Of a DNA stretch of 64,000 bases, positions 1 through 7,904 are shown piece by piece. Source of the stretch: Turneriella sp. (GTDB lineage: Bacteria; Spirochaetota; Leptospiria; Turneriellales; Turneriellaceae); NCBI GenBank assembly GCA_965279515.1, contig CBDIID010000003.1, forward strand, positions 2,720,001 through 2,784,000, read 5' to 3'. Within the stretch, counting starts at the first letter, position 1. Each line of letters starts with the position of its first letter. The notes below the pieces were generated by a model, which did no database searches, was not told where the DNA came from, and saw only the letters and a list, made by a program, of their open reading frames with translations. Position numbers and translations under genes: made by a program.

Positions 1-655
1 CAAGGCAAAGAAAACCAGCTGTATCGACGAGATTATACTCTACGCCATGCCCCAATCTTGAAAAATGATGCGCGACGAGAAAGTTATTCTGGTCGGCGGC
101 GCCACCGACGAGCGCCACTTTGCTTTCGCCGTTCTCTAAAGATGAAATAGCTGTTTCAAGTGCGGCGTAAAACTGGCCTACACCGGGGTACGAAATAAAA
201 TACCTTCCTTGAATACCAAAATTAAGAGATGTATGAAAGATGGGCATATTCGGCAGGCATTTGAAAGTAATCAGTGGATTAAAGTGCGACATGACCTGAT
301 TCGAGAATTGCAGCGAAGAAAATTCCCCATTTAGTGTCGAAAGTTCCGTGACTTCATTGATCGTTTCCCTTTCAAAGGGAATGTAGCCAACGGAAAGAAA
401 AAGGCCTGTGTCTGTGCCGGAAGTTTGTCCGAGAAGCCCGGCGCGTTCAAGGGCGCGCCCACAGCCGACAACTGCCAGAGCGTCTTGTTTTCCCATAAAT
501 TTAAACATCTTACGATTTAAAAGCCATGGCATGACTTCAGGTTCGGTCTCCGTATTTACAGACAGGGAATTGTCTTTTAATACGCAGCTGCCAAATCCTG
601 TTACGGCGACCCGAAATGTTTCTTTTTTCTCTACCGGTTTCTGGAAAATCTTCAT
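1..655 (-). CDS. Beta-ketoacyl synthase N-terminal-domain protein, chain-length-factor-like (partial, runs off left edge)
   Basis: Not in the ORF track; translated by hand. ATG at 655 overlaps the fabZ stop (ATGA). Open to position 1: MKIFQKPVEKKETFRVAVTGFG...KFMGKQDALAVVGCGRALERAGL...TGLFLSVG...PLITFKCLPNMPIFHTSLNFGIQGRYFISYPGVGQFYAALETAISSLENGESKVALVGGAAD. FabF/KS-like motifs; the TAC active-site loop is replaced by YPGVG. Confidence 0.8.
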   Translation of the reverse strand, partial: MKIFQKPVEKKETFRVAVTGFGSCVLKDNSLSVNTETEPEVMPWLLNRKMFKFMGKQDALAVVGCGRALERAGLLGQTSGTDTGLFLSVGYIPFERETINEVTELSTLNGEFSSLQFSNQVMSHFNPLITFKCLPNMPIFHTSLNFGIQGRYFISYPGVGQFYAALETAISSLENGESKVALVGGAADQNNFLVAHHFSRLGHGVEYNLVDTAGFLCL

Positions 656-1167
656 AGAATCACTATGTCTGCTTGCAACTGATTGGTCACGAGCCGGTAG
701 AAAGCTCTTCTTTGTTCATGAATTTCAGGTATGTTGACATTGCGCATGGCAAATGTCAGAACGGCGCTCGCCACCTTTTCCTGGCTTTGTAGATCCGGCA
801 AATTTTTATTATTGCCACCGGATTCCCGGGTGACTTCACATGAAAGCTGGGCAGCTCCTTCAAAAATTGAATCGATGCGGCAATGGACGTTTAATTGGTC
901 GCCTGGGGTTGCCGGTTGGTGAAATTTCGCGCGATCTACCTGAACCAGCATGGCCCTCTTAACATCGTTGGGATCGGTATTAATACCGCATTCAATCAAA
1001 AATCCACCCAGTTGCGCCATGGATTCAATTAAAAGACAACCCGGATAAACGGGGAAGCCCGGAAAATGATCCGCCAAATAATCTTCGCTCAAGGTCACAT
1101 TTTTGATCGCTGTAGCGGAGCTCAACCGATCATATTCTACTATCTTATCGATGAGAAAAAAACGCAT
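652..1167 (-). CDS. fabZ: 3-hydroxyacyl-ACP dehydratase (FabZ family)
   Basis: FLIDKI...AIKNVT...DHFPGFPVYPGCLLIESMAQ hotdog dehydratase motif with catalytic His/Glu; PGDQL. Confidence 0.9.
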   Translation of the reverse strand: MRFFLIDKIVEYDRLSSATAIKNVTLSEDYLADHFPGFPVYPGCLLIESMAQLGGFLIECGINTDPNDVKRAMLVQVDRAKFHQPATPGDQLNVHCRIDSIFEGAAQLSCEVTRESGGNNKNLPDLQSQEKVASAVLTFAMRNVNIPEIHEQRRAFYRLVTNQLQADIVIL

Positions 1168-1236
1168 CTTTCTGACTCCGAATCTACATCCCTATATGTG
1201 CGACAGCCGTTTTTACCAGTGGTAAAATTGCGATCA

Positions 1237-1989
1237 TCACAGCCCGCCGTCCAGCAAGATCGATTGCCCTGTAACATAGGTGTTTTCCAGCGCAAACCAT
1301 ACCGCAACTTCTGCAATTTCTTGGATCGTTCCAATTCTTCTCAACGAACAATGCTCGATGTAAGATTCCTTAACCCTGGCAGAAAGACGGGTGGATTGAC
1401 CGCCGTCTAAGATACCGGGAGCAATTTGATTTACCTTAATATTGTGTGCACCTAGCTCTTTTGCCAGCGATTCGGTCAGCCCCTTGAGCGCCGCTTTACT
1501 CAGCGAAAAATGTACGGGTGACGGCAGCATTTTTACCCCATCCATGGAGCCGAGGATTAACAGATTGGGGTTTTCCGAAGACTTCAGATATGGCCAGGAA
1601 TTCTGACAGATGAAGAAAGTGCTTTTCGTGTTAATGGCAAGAAATTCATTCAAGTCGTCGGCTGTCGTGCCATCTATAGGACCTAATGATTCTCCCTGAG
1701 AAAGCTCAGGAGGAACCAGGGGTCCTGGAATTCCAACAGCCTGAATGACCGCGTCCAGGCCGCCTAGATTTGCACTCGCTTCATGAACGGCCTGTTTAAT
1801 CTCGAGAGGGTTTCGAACATCGACCCGCTGACTATCGCATTGTAAAGTTTCTTGCAATCGCTTTGCATTCGCGAAGTTTGAAAAATATGTAAAACTGATT
1901 TGGCATCCTTCTTCAATAAGGCTCTCACAAATCTGCGCTCCGATAGCGCCGCTTCCCCCAAAAACCATGACCCGTCGCGGTTGGATCAC
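1237..1989 (-). CDS. SDR/FabG-like 3-oxoacyl-ACP reductase paralogue with YxxxK changed to FxxxK
   Basis: GGSGAIG Rossmann motif, HFSLSK in place of YxxxK, ends DGGL; GTG start overlaps the upstream FabG stop (GTGA). Confidence 0.85.
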   Translation of the reverse strand: MIQPRRVMVFGGSGAIGAQICESLIEEGCQISFTYFSNFANAKRLQETLQCDSQRVDVRNPLEIKQAVHEASANLGGLDAVIQAVGIPGPLVPPELSQGESLGPIDGTTADDLNEFLAINTKSTFFICQNSWPYLKSSENPNLLILGSMDGVKMLPSPVHFSLSKAALKGLTESLAKELGAHNIKVNQIAPGILDGGQSTRLSARVKESYIEHCSLRRIGTIQEIAEVAVWFALENTYVTGQSILLDGGL

Positions 1990-2735
1990 AGTCCACCGTC
2001 CATAATGATTGTCTCGCCGCTCATATAGGTATTGCGATCAGAAACGAGGAATGCCGCAAACTTGGCCACTTCGTCCAATTTGCCCAGGCGTTTTAAGGCG
2101 ACGTGGCTTATATATTTGGCCACGCGGTGCTCCGGAAGATTGCTGCCTACGCCTTCTTCCAGAAGGCCTGGCGCAAGACAGTTGACGCGAATATTATACC
2201 GGCCCAGTTCCTTGCAGAGTGCTTCGGTCAACCCTTTGATTGCGGCTTTACTGGCTGAATAGTGTGCGGGTGCTTCAATCAGACGAAGGCCGGCCAATGA
2301 GCCGATGTTGAGGATTACGCCACTTCTTTGGTGAATCATTATGGGGACAACAGCATGCGTTACCAAAAAATAGCCTTTTACATTTACATCCATGACCTTA
2401 TCCCAGTCTTCTTCATCCAGAAAAGCAAAGGGAAGGGGTTGGGAAATGCCGGCATTATTGACTAAGATATCGAGCTGATTGAAGTGTTTTTCCAAATCCA
2501 GCAATGTTTTGTCCAACCGTGGTTTGTCGAGCACTGAAGCCTGAATGGAAAGCGCTTTGATGCCGAAGTTTTCAAGCTGGCGCAAGGTTTCCCGAGCTCC
2601 CTCATCATCTGTGGCATAAACAAAAGCAATGTTGCAGCCTTGGCGGGCAAATTCCAGGCACAATGCCCGGCCGAGGCCTCGGGATCCGCCCGTGATCAGG
2701 GCATTTTTGCCTCGCAGCATATTTGTGAAGCGCAT
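1986..2735 (-). CDS. fabG: 3-oxoacyl-ACP reductase (FabG family)
   Basis: TGGSRGLG, NNAG, S...HYSASK catalytic residues intact. Start placed at ATG 2735 (alternative 2720); the longer ORF overlaps the radical SAM gene. Confidence 0.9.
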   Translation of the reverse strand: MRFTNMLRGKNALITGGSRGLGRALCLEFARQGCNIAFVYATDDEGARETLRQLENFGIKALSIQASVLDKPRLDKTLLDLEKHFNQLDILVNNAGISQPLPFAFLDEEDWDKVMDVNVKGYFLVTHAVVPIMIHQRSGVILNIGSLAGLRLIEAPAHYSASKAAIKGLTEALCKELGRYNIRVNCLAPGLLEEGVGSNLPEHRVAKYISHVALKRLGKLDEVAKFAAFLVSDRNTYMSGETIIMDGGL

Positions 2736-2766
2736 GGTCTGAAATATCCGTTTAAGAATAAGCGAA

Positions 2767-4245
2767 CTATTTAATGAAAGGCCCTTTTGCCTGCGGTTGC
2801 TCCACAGTTTGCGTGCCCTGCGCTGCACCGCGGTGGAACATGTTAAACCCGCACGCAGGCATGATTCGGCCGTCGATCTGAGGGTAATGATGGCAACATT
2901 TCATCAGGCGCTCCAAATCAAAATCATGCCGATCCATGTAATGGTGGATAAAAATCGTTTTGGCCTGCCTTTCCGCGATGCGCAGTAGTTGCTTGCGGTC
3001 AATTTTCCCACCGGGGAACATCTCCAGCAGGGCGCGCTTTAGAGCCTTCATGATTTTTTGACTGTCCGGTACTTCACCGGCCGCACTCCAGAGATCGTTG
3101 ATCGCATCTTGCAGCGCGCTTTCGATTTTGACACCGGGTTCAATGGTGGCTGTCTGCTGAAACAGATCGAGGTATTTTTCCATATCAACAAACCGCGGAA
3201 AAGGCAGGTATTGTCCGTCGTCCATCCGCAAAAGGTATGTCAAAGAAACACAAAGCGGGTGAGAACATGGTAGTGGAATGAAGTCTTCACTGGCCACGAC
3301 GCCACTGGTCTGCGCGTCGATGCGGTGAATGATCCCGGGAATTGTCAGGCGATCCATGGGGTTATGAGGAAAATCTCCGCCGCCTTGCCCCGTGTGGGCG
3401 ACGGGCTGAATTAACAGCGAGAGCACATGATCTCTCTCGAGCAGCATCTTCACAGCCGCACCCAGTTGATGGTCATTGACGTCTTTAACCGGGACAAATG
3501 CCAGCTGCGTGGAGATATTGAACTTTGCCAGATTCTCGAGCGCCCGCTCTTTGATGCCTTGCAACTTCACGCCGCGCAATCTTTCATGAACATCATCATC
3601 GAAGCCATCCATCTGCAGGATTACGTATACATTCCTTTTCTTAAGTTCTTCGCAAAACTGCTCAGAGTTTGCGATTCTAATGCCGTTCGTGACCACCGAA
3701 ACGCGGGCGATTTCATCCCGTTGCGCTTCTTGTACAAAATCCCAGAATAGTGGATGCGTCGTCGGCTCGCCACCCGAGAGCGTAATAGTTTCTAAAGAAC
3801 CTTCATGCTCGATAAGTCTGTTGATAATGCCCCGAAAGTCTTCCAGAGTCATGTGATTCTGGTGCTTATTGTTTACAATGCAGACAGGGCAGGTCAGATT
3901 GCAGAAATCGGTAATTTCAATGATGGGAAGGCATGTGTGTTGCTGGTGCGAGGGGCAAAGGCCACAATCGGTTGGACATCCTTTTGATACTTCCGTAGAA
4001 AACTTCAACGGTTTGCTTCCCGGCTTTATGAAACGAAAAGCATTTTGATAATACTTTGCATCTTCACTTACAAGCGCCTTACTTTGCCCGTGCTCCGGAC
4101 AAAATTTCAGGAAATAGACTCGGTTATCCTGAAAGACTACCTGTGCCTGAATAACCTTCAAACACTCGGGGCAGGTGCTCATGGTCATCTTGAAGAATGT
4201 ATAATCTCTGTCGTCACGACAATGGACTAAGCACGGATCAATCAT
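2767..4245 (-). CDS. Radical SAM enzyme of the tetraether synthase (Tes/GDGT-MAS, MJ0619) family
   Basis: N-terminal CPEC...CPEHG; GCPTDCGLCPSH; radical SAM CNLTCPVC and GGEPT; CSHPLC; C-terminal YMD...DLERLMKCCHHY...DGRIMPAC. AAGGAG RBS before the ATG. Confidence 0.85.
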   Translation of the reverse strand: MIDPCLVHCRDDRDYTFFKMTMSTCPECLKVIQAQVVFQDNRVYFLKFCPEHGQSKALVSEDAKYYQNAFRFIKPGSKPLKFSTEVSKGCPTDCGLCPSHQQHTCLPIIEITDFCNLTCPVCIVNNKHQNHMTLEDFRGIINRLIEHEGSLETITLSGGEPTTHPLFWDFVQEAQRDEIARVSVVTNGIRIANSEQFCEELKKRNVYVILQMDGFDDDVHERLRGVKLQGIKERALENLAKFNISTQLAFVPVKDVNDHQLGAAVKMLLERDHVLSLLIQPVAHTGQGGGDFPHNPMDRLTIPGIIHRIDAQTSGVVASEDFIPLPCSHPLCVSLTYLLRMDDGQYLPFPRFVDMEKYLDLFQQTATIEPGVKIESALQDAINDLWSAAGEVPDSQKIMKALKRALLEMFPGGKIDRKQLLRIAERQAKTIFIHHYMDRHDFDLERLMKCCHHYPQIDGRIMPACGFNMFHRGAAQGTQTVEQPQAKGPFIK

Positions 4246-4671
4246 TGTACTCCTTGTGTGTTTTCCAGATCACGCATGTCAAATAATATGCGGACCTTGT
4301 TGGTAAACAAGCCTGCTTAAATGACCTTTGCAGATAAAAACGAAAACATTTCGACTTGCGCTTATATACGGAGACGGATCAGATAAGATGCCAAAAAAAT
4401 CAGGCAGGATTTAGAGACTTTCGTTGTGGAGGTTTTATTCTCCGGAAAATTTAGCAACGGATATATTTGACATCTCATGTCGTTTTGGAGCCATAATAAA
4501 TATAAACGTGGCTGAACTGTAGAAATTATTTTTCATTCGTATGGTGCATCGGTTAACTCACTACTTCGCGGCCTGGCGGAATTTTTGGCTTCAATGGTCT
4601 TCTCTAGTTTTCACAGTATCGGTAAAGTAAGCGGCAGACAACCGAAGTAATAGCAAAAGGATAAGCAAACA

Positions 4672-6036
4672 ATGAATAACGAAACCGTCAAAGATTATAG
4701 CGATCACATAAATCCAACCTTTGTTCGTCTGCTGAAAGTTTTGGGTTTTGGAAGGGTTTTCACCCGGGCCAAAGACATTTGGGTTTGGGATAGTCGGCAG
4801 CGGAAATATTTAGACTGCTTAGCATCCTTTGGAACCCATAGTATTGGTCATAGCCATCCCCGGTTGATCGGAGAGATAAAAAAATTTCTGAGCTCTGACC
4901 ATTTGACAATCAATCATTTGGGGCCGAGCGTGAAGCAGGCAGAACTTGGCAAAAAACTCATCGAGACCTTAGGCACCGCGGGTAAGATACTGCGGATGTG
5001 CTCTTTCTCTTCCAGCGGGTCAGAAGCAGTCGAGTCGGCCATGAAAATTTCCCGCTTGGCGACGCGAAAAACCGACTTCGTTTATTGTGAGGGCGGGTTT
5101 CATGGTTTGAATCTGGGGACGCTGTCAATTCTGGGGCAGGATAGATTGCGCAAGCCTTTTGAACCATTGCTCTCTAACTGCCACCGTATCCCATTTAATG
5201 ATTTAGCGGCTCTCGAACGAGTATTTAGCTCTTATCCGGTTGCCGGGTTCATCGTCGAGCCAGTACAAATTGAAGCTGGGCTTCGTTTCCCACACGCGGA
5301 CTATTTAGCTCAGGCCCAAAAAATATGCCGTAAAAATAAGACCCTGATGATACTCGATGAAGTACAGACCGGTCTGGGACGAACGGGGACAATGTATGCC
5401 TTTCAATCCGAAAATTTCCATCCGGATATTCTGGTTTTGGCAAAGGCCTTGAGCGGTGGTCTTGTGCCGATCGGGGCAACAATTTTTTCACAGGCAATTT
5501 TTAAGAAAGCTTTTGGCAGTCTGGATCGCTTTGACATGAACAATTCAACCTTTGGCGGAAACGCCCTGTCTTGCGCCGCGGCAGTTAAAACCCTGGAGAT
5601 CATTGAAGAAGACGGGCTTCTCGAAAATTCCCGTGAAATGGGAAAGCGGTTGCTTGATGGCCTGAAAGAAAACCTGAAAGGACATCCGATGGTGCGCGAC
5701 ATTAGAGGGCGGGGATTGCTCGTGGGAATCGAGCTTGGACCAACGGACAAGGGCTTTCTGAACACCCGGTTTCCTTCTGTCGTGGCAAATTTATCGGAAA
5801 AGATCTACGGGCAATGGCTGTGCGTCAGACTCTTAGAAGAAGGAATACTCTGTCAGCCGTCTTCACAGCAGTGGAATATTTTGCGCCTTGAGCCGCCGCT
5901 GACCATCGGGATCCGGGAAATTGACCGGATTGTTCTGCAAGTCACAAAAATATTAAGCGATTATGATAGCGTTGGTAAATATATGAGAGCCGTGAGCAAG
6001 CGAGTCCTATCCAGCAAAAAAGGAATCATCTTCTGA
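4672..6036 (+). CDS. Class III PLP-dependent aminotransferase (ornithine aminotransferase/HpnO-like)
   Basis: SGSEAVE, GFHG, IVEPVQ, DEVQTGLGRTG, DILVLAKALSGG (PLP Lys), STFGGN. Confidence 0.9.
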   Translation: MNNETVKDYSDHINPTFVRLLKVLGFGRVFTRAKDIWVWDSRQRKYLDCLASFGTHSIGHSHPRLIGEIKKFLSSDHLTINHLGPSVKQAELGKKLIETLGTAGKILRMCSFSSSGSEAVESAMKISRLATRKTDFVYCEGGFHGLNLGTLSILGQDRLRKPFEPLLSNCHRIPFNDLAALERVFSSYPVAGFIVEPVQIEAGLRFPHADYLAQAQKICRKNKTLMILDEVQTGLGRTGTMYAFQSENFHPDILVLAKALSGGLVPIGATIFSQAIFKKAFGSLDRFDMNNSTFGGNALSCAAAVKTLEIIEEDGLLENSREMGKRLLDGLKENLKGHPMVRDIRGRGLLVGIELGPTDKGFLNTRFPSVVANLSEKIYGQWLCVRLLEEGILCQPSSQQWNILRLEPPLTIGIREIDRIVLQVTKILSDYDSVGKYMRAVSKRVLSSKKGIIF

Positions 6037-7049
6037 TGGCCTGGAACGTTGTTAAAAATTCAATGGGGTTTACTGCAAGTATATTCAGGAAAAGGCTCAT
6101 TCATGTCTTAGTCCAAGTAACGAATCGTTGCAATATGACTTGCGACTTCTGTGATTTTTGGCCTAACGGGGTTCCGGCAAAAGACGAGCTTTCGCTGGCC
6201 GATTATGAGAAGATAGCAAACCAACTCGCAGAACTCGGGACATGTGTTGTGTCCATTGAAGGGGGTGAACCCCTGATCCGGAAGGATCTTGTACAAATCG
6301 TCCGGATTTTCGCAAAGCAGCATTTGCCGGTTTTGTACACAAATGGCTGGTTTGTCACGGCAGAGATTGCGGCTGAACTTTTTGAAGCGGGTCTGACGCA
6401 GGCCGCAGTTTCAATCGATTTTCCAACCGCGGACAAGCACGATACAAAACGCGGCAGAACGGGAGCTTACGAGAAAGCCTGGCAAGCAATCGAGTATTTT
6501 AAAAATGCGGCAAAATCCCCCGAAAAACAAGTCCAGGTTATTTCGGTTTTGATGAGGGATAACCAGGACGCAATGGATGAATTACTGCGATTGAGCGGCC
6601 AAAAAGGTGTCGGTCATAGCCTGACGCTCATTGCTTTGGAAGGCTTCCGCAGGGGCAAGGGAGAGAATCAACTCCCGGAATATCCTTTCTCGGAGAAGCT
6701 GATGAGCCTTTGGAAGAAATACCCCCATTTCAAAATGTTTCGAAGCTATATTCAAGGCATCGACAGTTTCACGCAAGGAAAAGATCTCCCAAAGTGTCTT
6801 GCGGGGAAGCAATCGATAAACATTGATCACGTAGGGAACGTGTCTGCGTGCATTGAAAAGATTGATGATGCCGTTGGAAACGTCACAGATACGGACCTGA
6901 AAGTCCTGGTCCAGAGGACCAGCGAATCGGCAAAGGTTGCCCAATGCCAGGATTGCTGGAGCCAATGCAGAGGATTTCATCAGGCCCTGAGCAATGGAGC
7001 ATCCGCCTCTAACCTTATTGACCTGTCCGGCAGAATGCGAGCGATGTGA
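6036..7049 (+). CDS. Radical SAM protein with C-terminal SPASM/twitch-type Cys motifs
   Basis: CNMTCDFC, GGEPL, TNG; CLAG...GNVSAC...CQDCWSQC; TGATG coupling to the aminotransferase. Confidence 0.9.
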   Translation: MAWNVVKNSMGFTASIFRKRLIHVLVQVTNRCNMTCDFCDFWPNGVPAKDELSLADYEKIANQLAELGTCVVSIEGGEPLIRKDLVQIVRIFAKQHLPVLYTNGWFVTAEIAAELFEAGLTQAAVSIDFPTADKHDTKRGRTGAYEKAWQAIEYFKNAAKSPEKQVQVISVLMRDNQDAMDELLRLSGQKGVGHSLTLIALEGFRRGKGENQLPEYPFSEKLMSLWKKYPHFKMFRSYIQGIDSFTQGKDLPKCLAGKQSINIDHVGNVSACIEKIDDAVGNVTDTDLKVLVQRTSESAKVAQCQDCWSQCRGFHQALSNGASASNLIDLSGRMRAM

Positions 7050-7146
7050 TCAGAACCGGCACGGAGCGACTCGCTTGAGGCCCATTACGAATCCCAGCCC
7101 GGTTACGGTCTTGAATGTTGCGTAGGCAACCAGCTCTTAACTTTTT

Positions 7147-7716
7147 TTACGGGTCCTTTGATTGGTCTATCTTGGCGTAGATGGTTTTCAGACCCTTCCG
7201 CACTATTTTTTCCACTAAGAAAAATGAAATCAGCATACTGGAATAGATCAGCAGTAAATAGGATGTATAGTTAGGAAATTGACTTTCCCATCCATCTTCG
7301 ACTCGAAAGGCTAAATTTACATTTTCTCTCGGATTGGAAAAAAACTTAGAAACGAAGAACATAAGAAGAATAAAAAGGCCTGATTTCCACCAGGAATTCT
7401 TAGGTAGTCCCTTTTTCAGCACAAGGATCAGGGAAAGTCCCCCCCCAAAAAGGTGCGTCAATAGTGAACCAATCGAAAAAAAGCCTCCGCCAATGAGATA
7501 GATAACCCAAAGAATATTTCCGTATGCCAATACGCAGAAAGCAATGCCGTTTATACCGGGAGATAACAATAGATACGAAATCCCGACAAAGATATTGGCA
7601 ACCTGACATGCCCAAAGAGCATTCGTAGGCTTACCCAGTATAGCTTGCTCAAATACAAATATTCCGTAAAATGTCAATGGCAATACACCCAGTATCTTTA
7701 AACGCATAATAAACAC
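7147..7716 (-). CDS. Hypothetical integral membrane protein
   Basis: 189 aa with about six hydrophobic segments; AT-rich; converges on the radical SAM gene. Confidence 0.7.
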   Translation of the reverse strand: MFIMRLKILGVLPLTFYGIFVFEQAILGKPTNALWACQVANIFVGISYLLLSPGINGIAFCVLAYGNILWVIYLIGGGFFSIGSLLTHLFGGGLSLILVLKKGLPKNSWWKSGLFILLMFFVSKFFSNPRENVNLAFRVEDGWESQFPNYTSYLLLIYSSMLISFFLVEKIVRKGLKTIYAKIDQSKDP

Positions 7717-7904
7717 GTTGAGTTATCTCATCGTTTATTCATAATCACAGCGCGTAAATCCATTAGTGATTTGCTCGAAGTAAGCTAATCCGATTTTAAA
7801 GTTTGGCTTGGATAGAAAACTCTGATTCGCAAAAAACCAATATGTCACCGAAAGCAAATTAAAAATCTTACGCGACAAACGTTGGATTTTTGGTATATTA
7901 AGGC

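Noticed and set aside
2736..2828. Extended N-termini given by the ORF track (fabG, also 20707, 26882, 26986, 52893)
   Set aside because: They overlap neighbouring genes; downstream starts fit RBS position, coupling and family N-termini better.
4246..4671. Possible ACP or RiPP precursor in the divergent intergenic region
   Set aside because: I found no convincing ORF or DSL motif; treated as a promoter region.
1..7049. Assignment as a ladderane, aryl polyene or hopanoid cluster
   Set aside because: Only generic components are shared. No B12-dependent rSAM, aryl polyene-specific gene or squalene-hopene cyclase is visible, and the cluster is incomplete in this window.
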